A stretch of 64,000 nucleotides of DNA from an uncultured Rikenellaceae bacterium (GTDB lineage Bacteria > Bacteroidota > Bacteroidia > Bacteroidales > VadinHA17), in NCBI GenBank assembly GCA_964633195.1, contig CAZWFL010000003.1, positions 1,650 to 65,649 on the forward strand, written 5' to 3'. Below, piece by piece: positions 57,501-64,000 of this stretch. The notes under the pieces are model-generated. The model did no database searches. It was not told where the DNA came from and saw only the letters and a list, made by a program, of their open reading frames with translations. Position numbers and translations under genes: made by a program. Position 1 is the stretch's first letter, and each line of letters starts with the position of its first letter.

Positions 57501-58043
57501 AAGGTCGTGAAAAACATCCCTGTCGGCATTATGCCGGTCGAGAAATCTCTGCAGGAGCTTTTTACTCGATATATTTTTAAGATCCTCCTCTTGAGCGACC
57601 GGCTTAACCTTATGAATCAGTTCCCTTGCCTTGTAGCTGTTTATATAACCTGTTATAAGGCTGGCGATATTCTGAATAAGATCTCTTTCCTCCTTCAGAA
57701 AAGGGCCCTCGTCTTCAACGCTAAACTCGCGGGTATATAAGATTTCGATTATGCCTTTCTCGTCGTCTATTGTATTGAACTCCTGCATCATCCGCCACTC
57801 TGTCTCCTGAAAATCTACCGATTCAAACCTGTTGCCTCCATAACTAATCCGTGCGCAGGTATAATCGGGATACTGCCATGCAGCCGGCAGCAGCAGTACT
57901 ATCTGCTGCAGAGTCTCCTCAACAGGCTTCCCTTCCTTAAGAATATAGGTGGTCTGGTTGATACAGCCCAGTTCCTTAAGCCTCTCCTGCTGTTCGTGGA
58001 GCAGACGCTTATATTCAATATTATTATATGCCGGATCCTCCAT
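54585..58043 (-). CDS. Sensor domain + pseudo-receiver + receiver + PPDK_N ATP-grasp + conserved C-terminal module; paralog A (1152 aa)
   Basis: N-terminal ~135-aa sensor-like module (LKELGCINQ...LPAAWQYPD...EGPFLKEERDLIQNIA). REC1 is degenerate (YDMIIIM250). REC2 Asp at LLCVISD410MRFP. GGKGRGL, AVRSSSLFEDS..PFSGIFDTY, MAVVIQEV, EIEFAV...LLQIKP. C-terminal LIGPGRWGTKDKYIGIPVVWPQIS...SLGSHFFHN. ATGA overlap with paralog B. Confidence 0.8.
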   Translation of the reverse strand: MEDPAYNNIEYKRLLHEQQERLKELGCINQTTYILKEGKPVEETLQQIVLLLPAAWQYPDYTCARISYGGNRFESVDFQETEWRMMQEFNTIDDEKGIIEILYTREFSVEDEGPFLKEERDLIQNIASLITGYINSYKARELIHKVKPVAQEEDLKNISSKKLLQRFLDRHNADRDVFHDLQPFKVKEILLVANLYDAYSIEGEGRFSDHILGEYYHLSLSTLPRVTGVSGEDEAFNRLKSRHYDMIIIMIGVDKAGPMRLCRKIKHKYPYIPTYLLLYNPGDLGYVQKQKSAGVPFDNYFVWTGESKVFFAMVNLLEDRVNVDNDTRKGLTGVILIVEDSADFYSRYLPMLYTLVLEQTKNLIEDVSTDELYKVLKLRARPKIILASTYEDALNAMNRYRENLLCVISDMRFPRNGLLDDLAGYNLLRHVREVLPNLPTVLQSSDPENAQYAFDLKSNFINKNSESLLRDIKTFINYYLGFGHFVYRDNQGREIAVAKSMKEFENYLESVPEDSLAYHAMKNHFSLWLMARGEAKIAKMINPVKVSDFKDLKELREYLIDIIRRRRREMNKGRVINFEESAVIDETNVVSLSSGSLGGKGRGLSFINTLIYSFELGRLLPGINIKTPVTAIIGTDEFDLFMERNHLWEKIGEEKDHDQLRKLFIKGSLSYTLEKHLRIFLRLINKPLAVRSSSLFEDSLTQPFSGIFDTYLLPNNHPETEIRLKQVTDAIKLVFASIYSKSARAYFDAISYTIEQEKMAVVIQEVAGNRFDNAFYPHISGTAQSFNFYPVAHMKPHDGFAVMALGLGQYVMEGEKAYRFSPAYPDLEMITKDDLYKNSQVKFYAVDMAKGNLNLLEGENAGLVTLDISVAEEHGTLRHCASVFHTDNDTIVPGLDYPGPRIVNFADILKYNYIPLASTIKTVLEVVTEACGTTVEIEFAVDLNRDEKGNASFYLLQIKPLVGMGAGYSIDPVTITESDLLLLSDRSMGNGIIDDIRDIIYLHPDKFNRLQTEVMAAEIEKINEEMVRENRKYVLIGPGRWGTKDKYIGIPVVWPQISNAKVIVEVSLPDFHIDASLGSHFFHNVTSMNVGYFSVNQDSPSCRIEWEKMRNTPVLEKRKYFHRVQFENPLLIKMDGRKGIAVISTNQQKADG

Positions 58044-58119
58044 CGTGACAGATCGAATAAGAATAATCCTTAAAATTACTAAAATAGTATAAGAATTTGA
58101 TTATTTTGAAAGGCCGGCC

Positions 58120-59139
58120 CTATTCAACCACCCATGTCGATCCGCTTTTAAGCAGATCGTCCATGCATTTCACGGGTGATTTTTCGCGGATTATGCTGAT
58201 TTGTTCCTCAACGGCACTCTCATAGGTGTCTCCGCTGACAGCCCTGATAATCCCCAGTGCAACCGGATATTCGGGATACCTCATATTTGCTAACATATAC
58301 TGTATTCCCGGATTGGATTCGGCAGCGTCATGCACAAGCAGGTCCTTTTCAGTTATACCGTTTCCGAGTGTAACGACCCTAAGCTTAAGACCCTCAAGAA
58401 CGAGGCCCTTGTCGCTGTTTTTCCCAAACAGCATGGGTTCACCATGTTTCAGAATTATCGTTCTGTCTTCTCTCACTTCCTTATCGGTAACCACATCGTG
58501 TATCCCGTCATTGAAAATAACACAGTTCTGCAGCACCTCAATAACTGATGTCCCTTTGTGTCTGGCTGCATCTATGCAGATCTGTGTTGAAAGGGATACA
58601 TTTGAATCGACTGTCCGCGCGAAATATTTACCTTTTGCGCCTATAACAAGTTCGCCGACCGAGAAAGGCTCCTCAACAGTACCGAAAGGTGATGTTTTTG
58701 TTACAAGACCCCTTTCAGATGTGGGAGAATACTGGCCTTTTGTCAGGCCATAAATTTCATTATTAAAAAGGAGGATGTTGATGTCGATATTACGCCTGAC
58801 CACATGAATGAAGTGGTTGCCGCCTATAGCGAGTGCATCTCCGTCGCCCGTTATCTGCCATACCGATAGTTGTGTGTTGGCTGTCTTAATGCCTGAGGCA
58901 ATTGCCGATGCACGACCGTGAATTCCATGGAATCCGTATGTGTTCATATAATAAGGGAATCTCGAAGAACAGCCGATCCCTGAAACAAATGCATAATTCT
59001 CGCGCGGTATACCGAGCTCCGATAAAGCCCTCTGTACGGCATTCAGTACTGCATGATCACCGCAGCCCGGGCACCATCTTACCTCCTGGTCGCTCTTAAA
59101 ATCCTTCGGAGTATACTCAAACGTACGAAGTTCATCCAT
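58120..59139 (-). CDS. korB: 2-oxoglutarate/2-oxoacid:ferredoxin oxidoreductase subunit beta (ThDP-binding)
   Basis: RWCPGCGDH, GIGCSSR, GDGDALAIGGNHF. 339 aa. It overlaps korA by 8 nt. Confidence 0.88.
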   Translation of the reverse strand: MDELRTFEYTPKDFKSDQEVRWCPGCGDHAVLNAVQRALSELGIPRENYAFVSGIGCSSRFPYYMNTYGFHGIHGRASAIASGIKTANTQLSVWQITGDGDALAIGGNHFIHVVRRNIDINILLFNNEIYGLTKGQYSPTSERGLVTKTSPFGTVEEPFSVGELVIGAKGKYFARTVDSNVSLSTQICIDAARHKGTSVIEVLQNCVIFNDGIHDVVTDKEVREDRTIILKHGEPMLFGKNSDKGLVLEGLKLRVVTLGNGITEKDLLVHDAAESNPGIQYMLANMRYPEYPVALGIIRAVSGDTYESAVEEQISIIREKSPVKCMDDLLKSGSTWVVE

Positions 59140-60985
59140 TTAATTTGTCCTCCAGTATTTTAATGCATTGTTCCTTTATCTCCTGCGAAGTAAAGGGCAG
59201 GCCCTGTACCTTATTGATCTGCAGATAAGTGAACTCCTGGTACTTCATTCTCAGGTAGGCTGCCATCTGTCCCATGTTGAGCTCACAGACAACTATTTTC
59301 CTGAACTTGCTGAATACTTCCCTTACATTTTTGGGAAGAGGATGGATGTAGTTAAAGTTAACCAGTCCCACCTTGTGTCCTTCCGCCTGAAGCTCCCGCA
59401 CAGCAGTCATTATATATCCGTAAGAGCCACCCCAGCCGACTACAAGCAGATCGCCCGATTTGTCACCTGCAGCATTAAGGTCGGGGACCTTCTCTGCCAC
59501 CCTGTTAACCTTCTCCGCCCTCAGTTTTACCATCAGTTCGTGGTTATCGGGGATATAAGAGACTGTGCCCTTTATGGTTTTCTCAAGTCCGCCTATCCTG
59601 TGTTCAAAACCGGCAGTTCCTGGTGTTGCCCAGAATCTCGATAACCTCTCTTCATCGCGTTTATAAGGCATGAAGGGAATATCATCAGGTGACGGTCTGG
59701 GAGGTTTTATCTCCGGCAGGTCCTTCATCTCAGGTATTTTCCACGGTTCAGTGCCATTAGCCAGATAGCCGTCGGTCAGCAATATTACCGGGGTCATATG
59801 TTCTATAGCTATCCTTGCTGCCTGAAAGGCATAATCAAAACAGTCAGCAGGAGTGCTTGCTGCAAGGACAACAACCGGGCATTCTCCGTTACGGCCGTAG
59901 AGTGCCTGCAAAAGGTCGGCCTGTTCGGTTTTTGTAGGCAGGCCAGTGGAAGGGCCTCCTCTCTGAACATCCACAATAACAACCGGAAGTTCAGCCATCA
60001 CGGCAAGTCCAATTGCCTCGGTCTTAAGCGCCAGTCCGGGTCCCGATGTAGTTGTTACAGCCAGGTAACCTGCGAAGCTGGCACCAAGGGCGGTGCATAT
60101 ACCGGCAATCTCGTCCTCGGCCTGGAAACTCTTGACACCAAGATCCTTTCTCAGGGCCAGTTCTTCAAGTATACCTGTTGCCGGCGTGATCGGGTATGAT
60201 CCAACAAATAGCTTCAGTCCGGCTTTCTCGGCAGCTGCCATAAGTCCCCATGCCGTGGCGGCATTACCGCATATGTTACGGTATATACCGGGGGCTATCC
60301 TTGCAGGACTTACCTTATAAACAGGTGTAAGGGCTTCGATAGTCTCAGCATAGTAATAGCCCGCCCTGAGTGCAATCTTGTTCGCCTGAGCTATCTGCGG
60401 CTTCTTGCTGAACTTCTTTTCAAAATATTTCTCGGTATAATCAAGCTTCCGGTCAAAAAGCCAGTAAACCATCCCAAGGGCAAACATATTCTTTGTCCGC
60501 AGAACTGATTTGGGATCGAGACCGAAATCCTTAAGCGCCTCTTTCACCATAGAAGAGACAGGTGCTGCTATTATTGTATATCCGTCAAGATTCTCTTCCC
60601 TGACCGGGTCCTTTTCATAACCTGCCTTCCTGATGTTCTTCTCCGTGAAGTTATCCTGATCATAAATAATGGTTCCCCCCTTCCTGGTCCATTTCACATT
60701 TGCTTTTATTGCAGCCGGGTTCATTGCTACAAGAACATCTGCCAGATCCCCCGGGGTAAAAACTTCCGATTTACCCAGATGTACCTGGAATCCTGAAACA
60801 CCTCCGACGGTTCCCTGGGGAGCTCTTATTTCCGCCGGATAATCCGGAAATGTAGACAGGTCGTTACCATACAGGGCAGCCGTATCGGAGAAAAGGGTAC
60901 CGGTCAACTGCATACCATCACCCGAATCACCCGAGAACCGGATCACCACCTCTTCCTTCTCAATAATTTTTGATTTCTTACCCAT
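59132..60985 (-). CDS. korA: 2-oxoglutarate/2-oxoacid:ferredoxin oxidoreductase subunit alpha
   Basis: From Met16: MGKKSKIIEKEEVVIRFSGDSGDGMQLTG. GSYPITPAT and TTTSGPGLALK. A promoter box at 61045-61052 supports this start. Confidence 0.88.
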   Translation of the reverse strand: MGKKSKIIEKEEVVIRFSGDSGDGMQLTGTLFSDTAALYGNDLSTFPDYPAEIRAPQGTVGGVSGFQVHLGKSEVFTPGDLADVLVAMNPAAIKANVKWTRKGGTIIYDQDNFTEKNIRKAGYEKDPVREENLDGYTIIAAPVSSMVKEALKDFGLDPKSVLRTKNMFALGMVYWLFDRKLDYTEKYFEKKFSKKPQIAQANKIALRAGYYYAETIEALTPVYKVSPARIAPGIYRNICGNAATAWGLMAAAEKAGLKLFVGSYPITPATGILEELALRKDLGVKSFQAEDEIAGICTALGASFAGYLAVTTTSGPGLALKTEAIGLAVMAELPVVIVDVQRGGPSTGLPTKTEQADLLQALYGRNGECPVVVLAASTPADCFDYAFQAARIAIEHMTPVILLTDGYLANGTEPWKIPEMKDLPEIKPPRPSPDDIPFMPYKRDEERLSRFWATPGTAGFEHRIGGLEKTIKGTVSYIPDNHELMVKLRAEKVNRVAEKVPDLNAAGDKSGDLLVVGWGGSYGYIMTAVRELQAEGHKVGLVNFNYIHPLPKNVREVFSKFRKIVVCELNMGQMAAYLRMKYQEFTYLQINKVQGLPFTSQEIKEQCIKILEDKLNG

Positions 60986-61044
60986 TATCCCGGTTGCATT
61001 TTCTCCGATGCATGAAAGGCACCAGATCAATTACTTATGTCGTA

Positions 61045-61052
61045 CAAAATTA
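61045..61052 (-). promoter_or_regulatory. Bacteroidota -7 promoter box for korA
   Basis: Exact TAATTTTG on the minus strand, 60 nt upstream of ATG 60985. Confidence 0.45.
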
Positions 61053-61137
61053 ATTATTAAGAATTGTAAAATCATATAAAAAACATGACATACTGTATGA
61101 TTTTGGTCATGTTTTCAGAGATATGGCCTTTATGATT

Positions 61138-61947
61138 TCATGACCATATATCGGCTTTTCTCAGGTTTATCTCGCCTTCAAAAAACATCCTTGCGATCTT
61201 TTCAAACCATGGAGTATAATCGGAAACAAAGAACCTGTCCTCTGCTGAACCGGAATCATTAAGTAAATGTTTTTTATCCAGGTTATCACGAAGCAGGAGT
61301 GCAACGATTCTGGACGAATCTATTATTTCAACGTTAAAGTCAAAGAATTTGCTGATCTGGTTCCTTATGACAGGATAATGCGTGCATGCAAGTATCAGGG
61401 CATCTATCCCGGCCAGCGATCCGTTCGACAGATATGTTCGAATGATGGCATTACTTACATCGTCATAAATAAATCCTTCCTCAATCATCGGAACCAGGAG
61501 GGGGGTTGCAAGTGAAACCACTTCCGTTGTCGGAGCTTTCTCCTTAAGTTTTAGTTCATAAGTGCCTGAATCAATGGTTCTTTTTGTACCCACAACTCCG
61601 ACTTTACGAAATTTCCTGGCACTTACATGTTCTACAACCGGATCTATTACATCAACAATTAGTGCCTTGCTGCTGAATTCTTCCCTGAGTGTTCCGATTG
61701 CTGATGCAGAGGCAGAATTGCAGGCCACGAGAACAACTTTCACGTCAAAATCAAGAAGGAACCGTGTAATCCGCCCGGAGTAGAACCTTATTGATTCTTC
61801 CGATTTGTCACCATAGGGCAGATGTGCCGTATCACCGAAATATATAATGCTTTCGCCGGGAAGTATCTGCTTGATCGCATGTGCGACCGTAAGCCCCCCT
61901 ACTCCGGAGTCAAATATTCCAATGGGTTTATTATTCACTGACTGCAT
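61138..61947 (-). CDS. murI: Glutamate racemase
   Basis: IGIFDSGVGGLTV, YFGDTAHLPYG, LVACNSASA, LACTHYP. Confidence 0.93.
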   Translation of the reverse strand: MQSVNNKPIGIFDSGVGGLTVAHAIKQILPGESIIYFGDTAHLPYGDKSEESIRFYSGRITRFLLDFDVKVVLVACNSASASAIGTLREEFSSKALIVDVIDPVVEHVSARKFRKVGVVGTKRTIDSGTYELKLKEKAPTTEVVSLATPLLVPMIEEGFIYDDVSNAIIRTYLSNGSLAGIDALILACTHYPVIRNQISKFFDFNVEIIDSSRIVALLLRDNLDKKHLLNDSGSAEDRFFVSDYTPWFEKIARMFFEGEINLRKADIWS

Positions 61948-62019
61948 ATTAAAAAAAAAGGCATTATCAAAAGACTTTATTTTTGCCCACCCCTACCTCC
62001 TGTAAGGTATGCCCTCCGA

Positions 62020-62272
62020 CCCCCCTGAAGGTCTTTTGCCCCCCAACCCCCCTGAAGGTCTTTTGCCCCCCAACCCCCCTGAAGGGGGGCTGATAAGTAT
62101 TACATAATCAGCAAGTCCCCTTTAGGGCCTGCCTGCCGTAACGTCAGTGCAGGCAGGGATTTAGGGGCAGTCCCCTTTAGCGGATTTAAGGGCAGTCCCC
62201 TTCAGGGCCTGCCTGCCGTAGCGTCAGCGCAGGCAGGGATTCAGGGGCAGTCACCTTCAGGGGGATTTGGGT
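62020..62272. repeat. Mosaic of direct and palindromic intergenic repeats (BIME/REP-like block)
   Basis: A 27-nt unit CCCCCCTGAAGGTCTTTTGCCCCCCAA occurs twice (62020-62073), followed by the closed hairpin CCCCCCTGAAGGGGGG (62074-62089). Then come four ~24-nt units AGTCCCCTTTAGG..GATTTAGGGGC. Two of these carry an inserted hairpin CCTGCCTGC-N12-GCAGGCAGG (62128-62157 and 62208-62237). Confidence 0.9.
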
Positions 62273-62327
62273 ATTAACCTGATGGAGGCCGGCTATTAAC
62301 AGAGCCAACCGGTTTCTTCCGGATCTG

Positions 62328-62849
62328 TCAATCCAATCCCAGTTTGGTCTTCACAAGAGGTAAAACATTGATGCTTTTTGATTCGTCAAAATATGCTATG
62401 ACCCCTATTGAAGTGTCAAACACGTATATAAATCCGTTTTCTTTTCCCACATCATTTATTGCTTTATCGGCCTTCTGGGTAACGGGAGCAAAGAGTTCAC
62501 CCTGTTTTTCCTGCAGCGTGGTTGATGCGTTATTTTGAAAAGTCTGCATCCTGTTCTGATAATCTGCCAGTTCCTGCTCCTTGGTCTGACGGACAAGGTC
62601 AGTATAGTTTTTCATCTCCTTCAGATAAACATCATATTTATTGTTGAACTCAACCTGTAACAGCTCGAGCTCATTGACAAACTGAGTCCTTATTTTTTCG
62701 AGCTCTCCTGTAGCCGCCTCGAATTCAGGCATCGTCCTTATAAGCTCATCCCTGTTGATATGCCCGAATTTAAGGGCCTGGGCTGACGTGCTCTGTCCGG
62801 CAAGCACTATCACACTCAACAGGGCAACTAATCCAATTATTCTTTTCAT
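62328..62849 (-). CDS. OmpH/Skp-family periplasmic chaperone
   Basis: Signal peptide, coiled-coil Q/E-rich body. Canonical position between bamA and murI. Confidence 0.85.
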   Translation of the reverse strand: MKRIIGLVALLSVIVLAGQSTSAQALKFGHINRDELIRTMPEFEAATGELEKIRTQFVNELELLQVEFNNKYDVYLKEMKNYTDLVRQTKEQELADYQNRMQTFQNNASTTLQEKQGELFAPVTQKADKAINDVGKENGFIYVFDTSIGVIAYFDESKSINVLPLVKTKLGLD

Positions 62850-62875
62850 CTTCTGTTTATAGTTTAATTTTTTTG

Positions 62876-62883
62876 CAAAAATA
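62876..62883 (-). promoter_or_regulatory. Bacteroidota -7 promoter box for the second skp gene
   Basis: Exact TATTTTTG on the minus strand, 27 nt upstream of the start at 62849. Confidence 0.4.
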
Positions 62884-62888
62884 TATAA

Positions 62889-63404
62889 TTAATTCTTATA
62901 ACCCAACATCTCCAGTACCTGATCGCTGATATCGTATTTCGGGTTGGCAAAGAGGATATTGCCTCCGGCTGCAGAGTCAAAAATAACTGCGTATGCTCCC
63001 TCAACTGCAATGGTCTTGATCGCTTTGAGTATTTCGTCCTGTATGGGTTTTACAAGCTCCTCCCTTTTTTTAAAGAGCTCTCCCTCCATTCCGAAATATT
63101 TGTTCTGAAGTTCTTTCATTTCCCTTTCCCTGGCAATAATTGCCTCCTCCCTCTTTATCTTCATATCCTGGGAAAGCAGCACTGCCTCATTCTGATAAGA
63201 TTTGTACATCTCTTCAACGACAGCATATCCGTCGGATATCTCTTTCTCCCATTGCTGGGAGAGTTTGTCAAGCTGATCCTGGGCTCTTGTAAAAGCCGGA
63301 ATATTTTTTCTTATATATTCGGAATCCACAAAACCATATTTCTGAGCAACAGCAAACGATGATGCCAGAGCTATTGCGCCTATTAGTAGTATTATCCTTT
63401 TCAT
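62889..63404 (-). CDS. OmpH/Skp-family periplasmic chaperone
   Basis: Signal peptide MKRIILLIGAIALASSFAVAQ, coiled-coil body, immediately downstream of bamA. Confidence 0.85.
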   Translation of the reverse strand: MKRIILLIGAIALASSFAVAQKYGFVDSEYIRKNIPAFTRAQDQLDKLSQQWEKEISDGYAVVEEMYKSYQNEAVLLSQDMKIKREEAIIAREREMKELQNKYFGMEGELFKKREELVKPIQDEILKAIKTIAVEGAYAVIFDSAAGGNILFANPKYDISDQVLEMLGYKN

Positions 63405-63428
63405 GATTCTGATTTATTAAATATACTG

Positions 63429-64000
63429 TTAAAACTGCTGACCTATTACAAAATGGAATTGTGATTTATTGGCGCCCGGATAGTTAGCTGGTTCGGGAAC
63501 CTGATCAAAGCCATAAGCCCAGTCGATACCCAGTAATCCGAACATTGGCAGGTTAGCTCTGACTCCCACTCCTGCCGACCGATTCATCCTGAAGGGATTA
63601 TAATCCCTGAGCTGATACCATGCTCTTCCTGCTTCAAGAAAGACAAGACCGTAGATTGTAGCCTGGGGATTTAGAGATACCGGGTATCTTACCTCGAAAG
63701 TCATCTTCGAATAAACGTTTCCCGAGGAGACACCTCTTACAGGATCGCTGGGTGTCAGAGAACCGTTTGTATAACCACGAAGCGCTATCACCTCACGTCC
63801 GTAGAAGCTGTAGCCTGTCATACCATCCCCTCCGATATAGAAATTCTCAAATGGAGATGGTCCGATATCCTTGTTGTATTGACCCAGGTATCCGAAGGCA
63901 AATCTTGTGTTGAGTACCAGCTTGTCGTTCCCTGAAATGGGCAGATAGTAATCAGCTTTAAACACCCATTTATGGAATTCTATCCAGTTATATTTAATCT
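63429..64000 (-). CDS. bamA: Outer-membrane protein assembly factor BamA, C-terminal barrel portion (5' end outside the window)
   Basis: The frame stays open to the window edge. Barrel strands are present, with a terminal ...SQFHFVIGQQF aromatic end. Context is bamA-skp-skp-murI. Confidence 0.85.
   Translation of the reverse strand, partial: IKYNWIEFHKWVFKADYYLPISGNDKLVLNTRFAFGYLGQYNKDIGPSPFENFYIGGDGMTGYSFYGREVIALRGYTNGSLTPSDPVRGVSSGNVYSKMTFEVRYPVSLNPQATIYGLVFLEAGRAWYQLRDYNPFRMNRSAGVGVRANLPMFGLLGIDWAYGFDQVPEPANYPGANKSQFHFVIGQQF

Noticed and set aside
60986-61030. Longer starts for korA (61030), the plug-like gene (28066), the histidine kinase (TTG 4985) and folE (TTG 50080)
   Set aside because: For korA and the plug-like gene, the downstream ATGs give canonical N-termini or signal peptides, and exact TAnnTTTG boxes would fall too close to or inside the longer versions. 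For the histidine kinase and folE the only argument is that an ATG lies shortly downstream of the listed TTG, which is a weaker preference.
1-64000. Search for tRNA, rRNA, tmRNA, RNase P, integrases, transposases, toxin-antitoxin pairs or a defence island
   Set aside because: No GGTTCGAATCC-type T-arm with cloverleaf context and no rRNA-like conserved blocks were seen in any intergenic gap. No recombinase or transposase motifs were seen in any ORF. The window looks like core chromosome.

Overview
This is a compact, roughly 90% coding chromosomal segment that reads as Bacteroidota, probably an anaerobic Bacteroidales-like organism. Supporting signals are the bamA-skp-skp-murI gene order, T9SS parts (plug protein, PorP/SprF, a type-B CTD cargo), TAnnTTTG -7 promoter boxes in front of many genes, Na+-NQR, KorAB, a tungsten AOR and futalosine-pathway genes. 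I count about 57 protein genes. I found no rRNA, tRNA, CRISPR, transposase, integrase or prophage signal. The blocks, in order: beta-helix-like protein plus TonB-dependent receptor; OmpR-type two-component pair; Asp-box propeller; hydrolase; Nudix fusion; housekeeping genes (amn, holA, yqgE); an orphan HprK-like P-loop protein; TPR protein; fused E1 alpha/beta dehydrogenase; nqrABCDEF-apbE with a convergent NqrM-like mini-protein; T9SS plug; a tungsten island (AOR, wtpABC, moeA, moaA, moaC, mogA/moaB-like, divergent thiF/thiS-like); ftsB-like, GT2 and skp; an ECF sigma / anchored PKD protein with T9SS type-B CTD / PorP cassette; proline dehydrogenase; peptidase; mqnD-mqnB; PTPS-folE-fabD; two giant tandem receiver-PPDK_N paralogs downstream of korAB; murI-skp-skp-bamA. 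The best candidates for undescribed biology are these. (1) The translationally coupled pseudo-receiver/receiver-ATP-grasp pair, which shows no recognisable phosphohistidine domain and may be co-transcribed with korAB. (2) The sigma-coupled, membrane-anchored T9SS type-B cargo with its own PorP. (3) A set of strict heptanucleotide tandem arrays and a mosaic palindromic repeat block that fill specific 3' intergenic gaps in an otherwise gap-free genome. All product calls come from motif recognition by eye. No database search or structure prediction was possible.
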